DNA from: Minisyncoccota bacterium
GTDB taxonomy: Bacteria; Patescibacteriota; Minisyncoccia; Phycocordibacterales; UBA9973
Direction of reading: 5' to 3'
Assembly (NCBI GenBank): GCA_025453495.1
Contig: JALOQM010000001.1
Location: 90,732 to 154,731, forward strand
Length of the DNA stretch: 64,000 nt
Shown: piece after piece, positions 37,571 through 46,680 of the stretch
Position numbering within the stretch: position 1 is the stretch's first letter
How the letters are laid out: each line of letters begins with the position of its first letter
Program-made: the position numbers and the translations under genes
Notes under the pieces: generated by a model
Seen by the model: only the letters and a program-made list of their open reading frames with translations
What the model was told of the DNA's origin: nothing
Databases searched by the model: none

Positions 37571-37996
37571 ATGGATGAGATATCAGCTAATACTACAAGC
37601 GATCAAATACAACCAAGTGCAACAGCACAAGACGATACTATAACACAAATGACAACCGTGAGCGCTATTGAAGAGGAGGTGGCGAAAGAACTCGGCACTG
37701 GTGATACAGTTGCTCCTGCAGATAGCTTACAAGACAAAGCAAAAAAACTTGCTACTGCTCGCCTTGCCCTTGAAGAGAAAATTATAGCTCTTGAGCGAGA
37801 TGTCAAAGCAAAGCTTGCGGCGCTAAAAGAGCTCAAAGCGGCACTAGAAGAAGAGATAGGGAAGATCAAAGAACTCAAAGAAACTGAAGGAAAAATCGAT
37901 ATACAGTTACAGAAAATCGATGATCTTGAGAAAAAGCGAGAAGAAATCGAGAATGAAATAAAAAACATCGAAGCCACTACAGCAGGTGTCTCATAA
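37571..37996 (+). CDS. Acidic coiled-coil protein (141 aa)
   Basis: ALEEKIIALERDVKAKLAALKELKAALEEEIGKIKELKE heptads. Confidence 0.45.
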   Translation: MDEISANTTSDQIQPSATAQDDTITQMTTVSAIEEEVAKELGTGDTVAPADSLQDKAKKLATARLALEEKIIALERDVKAKLAALKELKAALEEEIGKIKELKETEGKIDIQLQKIDDLEKKREEIENEIKNIEATTAGVS

Positions 37997-38022
37997 CTGC
38001 ATATAAGTGATATAATCAAAAC

Positions 38023-39033
38023 ATGCATCGTATCGGCAAAATCATACTCCTTGGCACACTCTTGATGGGCGTACTTTTGTTTTCCCCAGTTACTATAGAT
38101 GCACAATTTACTGGAAATACTGACATCACAGTAAATGTTAGTCCTACTATTCCAGGTCCAAATGAAGAAGTAGTGGTGACTCTCACTAGTCTTTCAGTAA
38201 ATCTTGATACAATTACTATTAGGTGGGAAATAAATGGAAAAACAGAACTTAGTGGTGTTGGAGAGAAAACGTTGACATTCAAAACTGGTGGAGTCGGATC
38301 AACAACGACAATTGAAGCTTCAATTGATGTTCCAGGTGTGCCGACCATAACCAAGCGTATAGTTATCCAACCACTAGCAATCGACCTGCTTTGGGAAGCA
38401 ACTGACTCGTATACACCTCCGTTTTACAAAGGAAAAGCACTGCTTCCGTCTGAAGGAGTAGTAAAGGTAGTTGCCATACCTGAGATTAAAACAACTAGCG
38501 GAAAGATGCTAAAACCATCTGATTTTACTTATACATGGAATCGCAATCAAAGGGAACAAGCCATTAACTCAGGAAATGGAAGAAATTATTTTTCTTTCCA
38601 GCAGAATTACCTGACAAATGAAGAAGTTATAACAGTAACAGCAAAATCAGTTTCTGGTAACTATCAAGCAACAAAGAAAGTAACAATTACACCTCGTGCC
38701 TCAAAAGTGTTATTCTATGAATTTGATCCAGCGCTTGGAGTCAGATATGAACGCATGCTTCAAGATATTACTGGTGTACAGGTAAATAAAGAAGGACTAA
38801 TTATTACCGCTGAGCCGTATTATTTTTCAGCAAATACTGCTGATACAGCACAGCTTTCATTTGAATGGAATGTGAACAATGAGGAAATTACGTCGCCAAC
38901 AAAAAAACATATGTTACCAGTACAAGTAACCACAAACGGCGTAGCAGAAATTCGAGTTAAGACAGAAGCTAGGATGAAATTATTCCAGGAGGCAACACGG
39001 TCGCTGTTCGTTAATCTTGAAGCAAATGAGTAA
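38023..39033 (+). CDS. Secreted beta-rich (Ig-like repeat) protein, 336 aa
   Basis: Signal/anchor MHRIGKIILLGTLLMGVLLFSPVTIDA; repeated VTxTxK beta-strand patterns. Confidence 0.5.
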   Translation: MHRIGKIILLGTLLMGVLLFSPVTIDAQFTGNTDITVNVSPTIPGPNEEVVVTLTSLSVNLDTITIRWEINGKTELSGVGEKTLTFKTGGVGSTTTIEASIDVPGVPTITKRIVIQPLAIDLLWEATDSYTPPFYKGKALLPSEGVVKVVAIPEIKTTSGKMLKPSDFTYTWNRNQREQAINSGNGRNYFSFQQNYLTNEEVITVTAKSVSGNYQATKKVTITPRASKVLFYEFDPALGVRYERMLQDITGVQVNKEGLIITAEPYYFSANTADTAQLSFEWNVNNEEITSPTKKHMLPVQVTTNGVAEIRVKTEARMKLFQEATRSLFVNLEANE

Positions 39034-40135
39034 TATATTTTTAGTAATTCGTATTCTAGCAATTAGCAGCTCTTTATTAAGTGTGCTTCTTTTCCAAACC
39101 GTAGATTTGGTTTTTGCTCAGGTGCCAACAAGTGACACTACTTCAATTGTAAAAGAAATTTGTGACAACAATATTGACGATAATGGCGATAATCTTGCAG
39201 ACGGAAAAGATCCTCAGTGTTATTTTCTTCTTGCTCCTCTCCCTGGTCTTTCAACAATCAATACAACACAAGGGCTTCCTGCATATCTAAAGGTATTATA
39301 TCGACTAGCAATTGGTATTGCTGGTGTTATCGCAGTAGTTATCATCGTATGGGCAGGTATAGAATATATGATGAGTGATGTTGTGTTTAAAAAAGATGAT
39401 GCAAAGCAACGAATTTGGAACGCACTCGGTGGTCTTGTCTTGCTTATCGGATCATTTGTATTACTCAATACAATCAACCCTGATCTTCTTAATCTAAATC
39501 CTCGGGTGCCCATTAAGGAAATCAATATTGAAGAGGAAGTAGGTGGCGATACTGGTGATGTATTTATCGCAAATTATACTTCTCCGTCAGGAATCTTCTA
39601 TCCACGAAGTGGTGGAGCATCACAAATAAGTCGCATTGTCAGCAGTCTTGATGGAAAAGTTACCTACCGCTTTGGCGGTAAAGGCGGCCCAGCACCGTAT
39701 CCAAGTGATACAAAGATGTGCGAAAATGGTCCGTGCAAAAATTACTGCCCACCGGGAACTGTTTGTCTTGATTGCTCTGGATTTATAAATTATATATATG
39801 TTGGTGCAGGTATTGCACCTATTAATGGCGGGACAGGAACGATATTTTCGTCATCTGAAAAAATTACAAAGATAGAAAACAGAATTATTAACGGAGAAAC
39901 TGCTACGTACGTCAACGATATAGCTCTTAAAACAGGGGATCTTTTAGGATGGGTGGCAAACGAAAATGGAAATAAGGTCGGACATGTTGTTATGTATATT
40001 GGTAATGGTCAAGCAGTAGAATCTACCTCAGGTGGGAATGGGAGAAGCTCTGGTAATGGGTTAAAAAAATTAGAGGTAACACAAAAGTATCTTCGAAAAG
40101 AAGTCCAGCTTTTGACAAGAGTTAAAAGACTATAA
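39017..40135 (+). CDS. Fusion of a pilin-like (VirB2/TrbC-like) two-helix hydrophobic hairpin with a C-terminal NlpC/P60 (C40) cell-wall peptidase
   Basis: Long signal peptide; hydrophobic hairpin LAIGIAGVIAVVIIVWAGIEY ... ALGGLVLLIGSFVLL; NlpC/P60 catalytic motifs CLDCSGFINYIY (Cys) and GDLLGW...GHVVMYIGNGQAVES (His); Asp-rich CDNNIDDNGDNLADGKD loop. Confidence 0.7.
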   Translation: MKQMSNIFLVIRILAISSSLLSVLLFQTVDLVFAQVPTSDTTSIVKEICDNNIDDNGDNLADGKDPQCYFLLAPLPGLSTINTTQGLPAYLKVLYRLAIGIAGVIAVVIIVWAGIEYMMSDVVFKKDDAKQRIWNALGGLVLLIGSFVLLNTINPDLLNLNPRVPIKEINIEEEVGGDTGDVFIANYTSPSGIFYPRSGGASQISRIVSSLDGKVTYRFGGKGGPAPYPSDTKMCENGPCKNYCPPGTVCLDCSGFINYIYVGAGIAPINGGTGTIFSSSEKITKIENRIINGETATYVNDIALKTGDLLGWVANENGNKVGHVVMYIGNGQAVESTSGGNGRSSGNGLKKLEVTQKYLRKEVQLLTRVKRL

Positions 40136-40144
40136 TTAATCATT

Positions 40145-41716
40145 ATGAACAAGCGACAGCGTCTTATACTTATCACAGCAATAGTGCTCCTTGCTCTATG
40201 TGGAGTCTTTGTTTTCTTTTCTATTAGCCAAAAAAGAGTTTCTCTTGAAACTCCAACACTGCGTGAGTTTTTTACTTTTGGAAGATCAAACCAAATTCAA
40301 ACAGAAAGGATGAGTGAACCATCTTCACAAAGAGGAGAAGAAATCGATTCAGAAGCAAGAGGAGGTTCTTTTTTTCTAAAACAAATTACGTCTCGTCCTG
40401 TTGCAGGGGCTGCGGCTGTCAGTGTATCGCGCAAAATAATTAATACAGAAATAAATACAACAGAAAATGAAACTACTGCGCAATGGACAAGAGACCTTAA
40501 GGAAGGTGACACTGGTGAAGATGTTAGAGAATTACAGATATTTTTGAACACCAATATAGAACCTAGTGGTGGTAGTGATAAAACAACCATTGTCGCTATA
40601 AAAGGTGCTGGATCTAAAGGAAATGAGACGACGTATTTTGGTACAGCAACTACAGCTGCGCTTCGTATTTTCCAAGAAAAATTCGAAATAGAAAGCACTG
40701 GGATTGCTGACGAAAGAACAAGAAAAAAAATATTTACACTACAACAAAGTATTCCAAAAGAAGAAAAAGTAACTGCAGTGCGATACGTTGATAAGAGAGA
40801 TGGGACTATTTTTCAAACATTTATAGATACTATTGAAGAAAAAAAAATATCTGGGACCAAGATTCCGAAAATACATGAAGCGTATTTTGGCAAAGATGCC
40901 CTAACTACACTTTTGCGTCTTGTGGAAGAAGATGGTGTAACTATTGCAACCTACGCTGGTACACTTCCAAAGATTATTGAGGGAGGGGATTCAATTACAA
41001 ACATGAGAGGTTCTTTTATAGAAAGAAATATAGAATCACTTTCTTTTTCTCCTGATAAAAGTAAATTCTTTTACCTTGTGAGTTCTGGTCAATTTACAAA
41101 TGGGATCATTGCAAGCGCAACAGGTGGATCAAAGATACAAGTATTTTCATCTCCATTTAGTGAATGGTTACCTCAATGGGTAGATGATCGTACTATCGCA
41201 CTAACAACAAAACCAGCAGCATCTTTTGGTGGTTATCTCTATACGCTTGATACAAAAACCAAAGAATTCAAAAAAGTGATGAGTGAGGTACCGGGACTTA
41301 CCACCCTCTATAGTCCGAATGGTAAAAAAGTACTATACTCTCGGGCAACAAAAAATAGAAACAGCTTTCTTACTGCGATATACGATACAGAAACAAAAAA
41401 ATCTACTGATCTTGATGTGCACACACTTCCTGAAAAATGCGTATGGTCTAATGATAGTATTACACTCTACTGCTCTGTACCTAAATATATAAACGGAGGA
41501 GAGTACCCGGACGTGTGGTATCAAGGAATACAATCGTTTAGTGATATGATCTGGCAAATAAATACAAAAGACGGAATTCTAAAAAGAGTGTCTGATCCTT
41601 TCCAAGAAGCAGGAATCGAAATTGATGGAATACATCTTTTCCTTGATACTGAAGAATCAAATCTTTTTCTCACCAATAAAAATGATTCTTCTCTATGGAC
41701 ACTCACACTCAACTAA
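40145..41716 (+). CDS. Membrane-anchored protein with a peptidoglycan-binding domain (PG_binding_1-like) and a C-terminal TolB-like beta-propeller
   Basis: TM helix LILITAIVLLALCGVFVFF; GEDVRELQIFLN...TTAALRIFQEKFEI PG-binding helix pair; YSPNGKKVLYSR / TAIYDTETKK propeller blades. Confidence 0.6.
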   Translation: MNKRQRLILITAIVLLALCGVFVFFSISQKRVSLETPTLREFFTFGRSNQIQTERMSEPSSQRGEEIDSEARGGSFFLKQITSRPVAGAAAVSVSRKIINTEINTTENETTAQWTRDLKEGDTGEDVRELQIFLNTNIEPSGGSDKTTIVAIKGAGSKGNETTYFGTATTAALRIFQEKFEIESTGIADERTRKKIFTLQQSIPKEEKVTAVRYVDKRDGTIFQTFIDTIEEKKISGTKIPKIHEAYFGKDALTTLLRLVEEDGVTIATYAGTLPKIIEGGDSITNMRGSFIERNIESLSFSPDKSKFFYLVSSGQFTNGIIASATGGSKIQVFSSPFSEWLPQWVDDRTIALTTKPAASFGGYLYTLDTKTKEFKKVMSEVPGLTTLYSPNGKKVLYSRATKNRNSFLTAIYDTETKKSTDLDVHTLPEKCVWSNDSITLYCSVPKYINGGEYPDVWYQGIQSFSDMIWQINTKDGILKRVSDPFQEAGIEIDGIHLFLDTEESNLFLTNKNDSSLWTLTLN

Positions 41717-41719
41717 GCA

Positions 41720-42226
41720 CTATTGTGAAGTATAAGAAATTATAATTCTTCTTTGCTCACCTTCTCCTACAGATTCAGTCTTGATATATTCTCTTTCTGA
41801 TAAAAATTCATGAACAATACGCCGCTCAAAAGAGTTCATCGGGTCAGTTGAGATAGTTGAAGCAAAAAACTTTGCTCGTTCAGCGAGCATGTGTGCCACG
41901 CTTTGTATTTCTTCGATTCTTTTTTGCTGATACCCGTCAATATCAATAATCAGATTTTCTTCTAGTGCCTTATCTTTTCTCATATACTGAACCTGCTTTT
42001 TGTTGATGATCTTTTTTACTAGGTGATTAATACAGGCAAGTACTTCTCCATGCTTGCCGATTAAAGAACGAGGATCAGACACAGTAACACAATAGAGCAA
42101 CGTATGCTCTTTGAGACTATGGGGCACGGGCACTACCTCAACACTAGTAGTAGGAAAAGATAGTTTTTCAAAGAAATCACTGATAGTGCTTCGTATTTCC
42201 TTCTGTGCATCCATGTAACTACTCAA
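41720..42226 (-). CDS. jag: Jag/KhpB RNA-binding protein (KH plus R3H domains)
   Basis: R3H motif ERRIVHEFLSER; conserved position downstream of yidC. Confidence 0.8.
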   Translation of the reverse strand: MSSYMDAQKEIRSTISDFFEKLSFPTTSVEVVPVPHSLKEHTLLYCVTVSDPRSLIGKHGEVLACINHLVKKIINKKQVQYMRKDKALEENLIIDIDGYQQKRIEEIQSVAHMLAERAKFFASTISTDPMNSFERRIVHEFLSEREYIKTESVGEGEQRRIIISYTSQ

Positions 42227-43001
42227 TAACTTTTGCTTGTACAGACACAGTGTTTCCTTCTGTCTTTTTTGCTAACCTGCGACGTATTATGATTTCTTGA
42301 AAAATAGTGAAAATATTACTTGTTGCCCAATAAAGTGCTACTGCTCCAGCAACTTGATATGAAATAATTCCGACGAAAATAGGAAGTACATACTGCATTT
42401 GCATTTGCATACTTTTAGCAAACTGTTTTTGAAAAGATCCGTCATTCGTTTGTTGCTTTTGTTTGGGAAGTGTTAATCTAGCCTGTATAAACTGGGTGAC
42501 AGCTGCCAAAATAGCAAGAACAATACTTTTCCCACTCATATCAAGAAATCCTAGAAATTGTGTATTTATAACAGGCGGAAAGGAGACACCCTGATACAAA
42601 AGACCAGCATCCAAAGAAAGTGCTCCAAGAAAAACCTTATAGAGAGCAAAAATGACAGGAAGTTGGAGAAGTACTAGTAGGCATCCTGAAAACGGATTAA
42701 CTTTATATTGTTTATATAATTCAAACGTTCTTCTAGATTGCTCAAGCTTATCAGTATATTTTTCTTTTATTGCATCAATCTCTGGCTGCAGGTTGCGAAG
42801 ATGTATTTGGCTTTCAATCGATTTTTTAGCTATAGGATACAAGATAAAACGAACGAGTATTGTTAAAAGAATAACAGCAACACCAATATCTCCTCCAGGG
42901 ATTAAAGATACCAAAAAAGCAAGAGCGTTGTAGAGCGGTTCGTAAAAAATATTATTCCAAAGAGTAGTAATCATTTGCCTATTGTATCGAAAAAAGAGCA
43001 A
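42219..43001 (-). CDS. yidC: Membrane protein insertase YidC (short monoderm type)
   Basis: 5-TM YidC/Oxa1 core, conserved synteny with yidD-rnpA-rpmH. Confidence 0.85.
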   Translation of the reverse strand: MLFFRYNRQMITTLWNNIFYEPLYNALAFLVSLIPGGDIGVAVILLTILVRFILYPIAKKSIESQIHLRNLQPEIDAIKEKYTDKLEQSRRTFELYKQYKVNPFSGCLLVLLQLPVIFALYKVFLGALSLDAGLLYQGVSFPPVINTQFLGFLDMSGKSIVLAILAAVTQFIQARLTLPKQKQQTNDGSFQKQFAKSMQMQMQYVLPIFVGIISYQVAGAVALYWATSNIFTIFQEIIIRRRLAKKTEGNTVSVQAKVIE

Positions 43002-43015
43002 AAATCAATCCCATT

Positions 43016-43237
43016 CTATACTGGGTCAATGTGGTTTTTTTGCCATGGATGACATCGTGAAATCCTGCGGACTGCACGCAGTGTTCCTGAAATCCATCCA
43101 TATTTCTTAATTGCGTCAATTGCATACATTGAACAGGTCGGGTAAAAGACACAGTTGTCTTTTAGGATGCCAAGTTTTTTTAAAACACCAACACTATATT
43201 GATACATTCGTATACACCCGATAAGTAAATACTTCAT
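43016..43237 (-). CDS. yidD: Membrane protein insertion efficiency factor YidD
   Basis: YQ...CRF/YPTCSMYA Cys motif of the YidD family. Confidence 0.85.
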   Translation of the reverse strand: MKYLLIGCIRMYQYSVGVLKKLGILKDNCVFYPTCSMYAIDAIKKYGWISGTLRAVRRISRCHPWQKNHIDPV

Positions 43238-43239
43238 TT

Positions 43240-43587
43240 TTATTTTCTCAATTCTATAAGAGTATCTCTTAATTCATGTACTAAAAGATCATAACTTATT
43301 TTATGAGATCCTTTTTTAAAAAACAAAATACAGAACATGGGTTTTTTTGGCCATAACAGAGAAAGCTCTCGGAGGGCACTATATACTCTACGACGAAGAG
43401 TATTTCTAGAAACTGCTTTTTTTGCGATGGTTTTTGGGACAACAACAGCAAATGCAGTTTGTCTAGTTATTTTTTGTTCAGGTATTACAACACAAGAAAA
43501 AGCGAAAAAACGCTTGTGCAGCAAGCGGGTATTTCTCGTATTTCGGGGAAACTCAGAGCTCCGTATTCTGTTTTTTGACGGGAGCAT
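43240..43587 (-). CDS. rnpA: Ribonuclease P protein component
   Basis: Basic RNR-like motif SRNTLRRRVYSALRE; synteny. Confidence 0.8.
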   Translation of the reverse strand: MLPSKNRIRSSEFPRNTRNTRLLHKRFFAFSCVVIPEQKITRQTAFAVVVPKTIAKKAVSRNTLRRRVYSALRELSLLWPKKPMFCILFFKKGSHKISYDLLVHELRDTLIELRK

Positions 43588-43598
43588 GAATAAAAAGC

Positions 43599-43733
43599 TT
43601 ATACAGAAAGCTTCTTGCGGCCTTTTTGTCTTCGCGCTTTAAGTACTTTTTTGCCGTTTTTTGTTTTTGTTCTGACGAGAAAACCGTGTGTAGTCTTTCT
43701 TTTTCGCTTCGAGGGATTGTATGTTTGCGACAT
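43599..43733 (-). CDS. rpmH: 50S ribosomal protein L34 (44 aa); not in the ORF track
   Basis: Manual translation of the minus strand: [44 protein letters not shown], matching the L34 consensus. Confidence 0.85.
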   Translation of the reverse strand: MSQTYNPSKRKRKTTHGFLVRTKTKNGKKVLKARRQKGRKKLSV

Positions 43734-43789
43734 GTGGGTAGTCTAGCGTATTATTAAGAATAAGGCAATTAGCTTTTTTACTACTCTCA

Positions 43790-43855
43790 GATTTTAGTTA
43801 TACACATATTATCAACAAAGTAATCCAGTGATTGTATTTTTTTATCAATCAACAC
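43790..43855. promoter_or_regulatory. DnaA-box-like cluster in the rpmH-dnaA intergenic region (candidate oriC part 1 / dnaA promoter)
   Basis: ttatacaca (43798-43806), ttatcaaca (43809-43817), ttatcaatc (43842-43850); each within 1-2 mismatches of TTATCCACA. Confidence 0.5.
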
Positions 43856-43897
43856 CCATACTATAATGATTCCCAATAGCCACTGGCTAAAAAACCT

Positions 43898-45253
43898 ATG
43901 ATTGATTCAAAAAGAATTTGGGACACCGCCCTTACTGAAATAGAAGCTGTTGTTTCAAAAGCGAATTTTAATACTTGGTTTAAAAATACCCGTATTGTAC
44001 GTGAAGATGGAGGTACTATATTTATAGGAGTACCAAATGAATTTGTCAAAGATTGGTTGAACAAAAAATATCATAAATTGATAGCAAAAACACTCAGGGA
44101 CTCCTATGAGCAACTGCGTTCTGTTGAATATATTATTGCTAAATATGACCAAAAAGAAGAAAAACAAGAACCTGTCAAAGAGCACACAGTGACCATAAAC
44201 AAAGAACTTCCTTTGGGGGACTTGTACATAAACAAAGAGGACAACCTTAATCCCAAATATACTCTTGATGCATTCATTGTGGGTTCTTTTAATGAACTCG
44301 CGCATGCTGCATCACAAGCAATCATCCAAAATCCTGGCACGAATTACAATCCTTTTTTTATCTACGGCGGCACTGGTCTTGGAAAAACACACTTAATTCA
44401 AGCTGTAGGTAATGAAATAAAGAAAAAATTTTCTGACAAAAAAGTACACTACGTCTCATTTGAAAAATTTTCAAATGATTACATCAGTGCTGTTCAAAAC
44501 AAAACTATAAATATATTTAAAGAAAAATATAGAAAATACGATCTTCTTATTATTGATGATATTCAATTCATAACTGGTAAAGAAAAAACACAAGATGAAT
44601 TGTTTCATTTGTTTAATACTTTATACGAAAAAAATAAGCAAATTGTCTTTTCATCAGATAAACACCCAAACTTTATTATTGGACTTGAAGATCGTCTCAA
44701 GTCACGTTTCTCCGCTGGGATGATAGTAGATGTGCAAGAACCTGATTATGAATCACGTGTCGCTATTTTAAAGGCAAAAGCACGTGCTAATGGGCTTGAA
44801 ATAGGGGATGATATTATTGATTATCTTGCTTCTTCAATACAAGGAAACATTCGTGAACTTGAAGGGACACTAAATTCAATTATCTGTCATATTCAACTCA
44901 AACAGCGACCTCTTTCGGTACTCGAAGTAAAATCACTTATAAAAAACAATATAAAACCAAAGAAAAATGTAGCAGTAAAGGATGTAGTAAAAACAATTGC
45001 TGATTTTTTCAACATAGAAGAAAACACTATTTACGAAAAAACAAGAAGAAAAGAGATAGTAAAAGCACGACAAATAACAATGTATGTACTCCGTGAGGAT
45101 TTCAATGTGTCATATCCATCAATAGGACAAAAACTTGGTGGAAAAGATCACACAACTGTAATTCATTCTTGTTTAAAAATAAAAAATGATCTTAAAAACA
45201 ATCCTTTACTTGTACAAGAAATAGAACAGATACGAGCGTTGTTTAAAAGTTGA
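43898..45253 (+). CDS. dnaA: Chromosomal replication initiator protein DnaA
   Basis: AAA+ Walker A GGTGLGKTHL, Walker B LLIIDDIQF, C-terminal DNA-binding HTH (SYPSIGQKLGGKDHTTVIHS). Confidence 0.95.
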   Translation: MIDSKRIWDTALTEIEAVVSKANFNTWFKNTRIVREDGGTIFIGVPNEFVKDWLNKKYHKLIAKTLRDSYEQLRSVEYIIAKYDQKEEKQEPVKEHTVTINKELPLGDLYINKEDNLNPKYTLDAFIVGSFNELAHAASQAIIQNPGTNYNPFFIYGGTGLGKTHLIQAVGNEIKKKFSDKKVHYVSFEKFSNDYISAVQNKTINIFKEKYRKYDLLIIDDIQFITGKEKTQDELFHLFNTLYEKNKQIVFSSDKHPNFIIGLEDRLKSRFSAGMIVDVQEPDYESRVAILKAKARANGLEIGDDIIDYLASSIQGNIRELEGTLNSIICHIQLKQRPLSVLEVKSLIKNNIKPKKNVAVKDVVKTIADFFNIEENTIYEKTRRKEIVKARQITMYVLREDFNVSYPSIGQKLGGKDHTTVIHSCLKIKNDLKNNPLLVQEIEQIRALFKS

Positions 45254-45491
45254 TAGCAGTGTGTATAGACTGTTAAAAAAATAAACAATATATGTGAATT
45301 AAGAAGAGTAATTATGTAAAACAAACCATCTATTCAAACACAGCACACAACACAGTATTGTTTTTACACACATATGTATATCAATCTATATTAAAATGTT
45401 CAGTAATAACAACACTATTAGTATCTATCCACATATCCACAGGTCTTTATAGTAGTAGTATGTATTTAATTAATAAATAATATAAAAATAT
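45254..45491. promoter_or_regulatory. AT-rich dnaA-dnaN intergenic region with tandem DnaA boxes (candidate oriC / DNA-unwinding element)
   Basis: Two adjacent TATCCACA 8-mers at 45426-45433 and 45435-45442; very AT-rich flanks (aattaataaataatataaaaatatatg). Confidence 0.55.
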
Positions 45492-46589
45492 ATGAAAATA
45501 GAATGCTCAGCAGAAAAACTAAAAAATGGACTTATGCTAGCTGAGCGTATAACCGGAAAAAATCTCAGTCTTCCTGTTTTAAATTCAGTTCTTATAGATG
45601 GCTCAAGGAAATCGTTAAAAATAAGAGCCACAAATCTCAGTCTTGGTATTGAAATAGAAATTCCAGGAAAGATTACAGTTCCAGGAATCGTTGCTGTTCG
45701 TGGAAATGTTATTACGAGTGTATTTTCGAACATTACGACCAGTTCTCAGGTGGTACTTGAAACAGCAAATGATAATTTGGTAGTTGAGACAAAAAAAGAC
45801 AAACTAGTCTTGAAAAGCCAACCTACAGATGATTTTCCAACCCTACCGTCCGTTTCAGGTGTTGAGTTTTCACTACCAGCACATTCCTTTATTGAAGGGC
45901 TTAAATCGGTGTATTATAGTGCTGCTGTTTCTGATATAAAACAAGAAATAGCCACTGTATACATATATCCAGATGGAGAGTATTTAGTTTTCGTTTCTAC
46001 AGACTCGTTTAGGTTGGCTGAGAAAAAAATTAAAATAAAGAAAATCACTGAATTTGAGGGGTTTCTTATTCCATTTAAAAATATAAACGAAATAATAAGA
46101 ACGTTTAGTGGTCTTGATGAGGATATTCGTATAATAATAAGTAAAAATCAAGTCTCTTTTTTTACCCAGTATATATATCTCACCTCTCGTGTTATAGATG
46201 GAGTGTTTCCAGATTATAAACAAATTTTACCCAAAGAATTTAAAAGTACTCTTGTGGTGCTTCGAGAAGATCTTCTGGCAGCACTTAAGATGGCAACTGT
46301 TTTTTCTGACTCATTCAATCAGATTACACTTTCGCTTATGCCAAAAGAGAAAAAAGTTGAGATCTATGCAAAGAGTGCCGATATAGGAGAAAATAGAACC
46401 GCACTTGATGCCGCGGTGAATGGTGAGTCTGTTGAGGTAAATATAAATCTGCGCTATCTTCTGGATTGCTTCCAGTCAATTACTAGCGATAGCGTGACTA
46501 TCTCACTGAATGAATCAACTCGCCCGATTGTAGTCAGTGGTGTTTCAGATACGTCCTTCTTGTATCTTATTATGCCAATGAATCGCTAA
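45492..46589 (+). CDS. dnaN: DNA polymerase III beta sliding clamp
   Basis: MKIECSAEKLKNGLMLAERITGKNLSLPVLNSVLI N-terminus; three-domain length; synteny after dnaA. Confidence 0.9.
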   Translation: MKIECSAEKLKNGLMLAERITGKNLSLPVLNSVLIDGSRKSLKIRATNLSLGIEIEIPGKITVPGIVAVRGNVITSVFSNITTSSQVVLETANDNLVVETKKDKLVLKSQPTDDFPTLPSVSGVEFSLPAHSFIEGLKSVYYSAAVSDIKQEIATVYIYPDGEYLVFVSTDSFRLAEKKIKIKKITEFEGFLIPFKNINEIIRTFSGLDEDIRIIISKNQVSFFTQYIYLTSRVIDGVFPDYKQILPKEFKSTLVVLREDLLAALKMATVFSDSFNQITLSLMPKEKKVEIYAKSADIGENRTALDAAVNGESVEVNINLRYLLDCFQSITSDSVTISLNESTRPIVVSGVSDTSFLYLIMPMNR

Positions 46590-46680
46590 TATAGACTCTT
46601 TTCGAAACCTACTTTGAGTAAAAATACGGGTATGAATATAGTGCTTACAAACAGAGGTTTCTTTAAGAATTTCTAATCAA

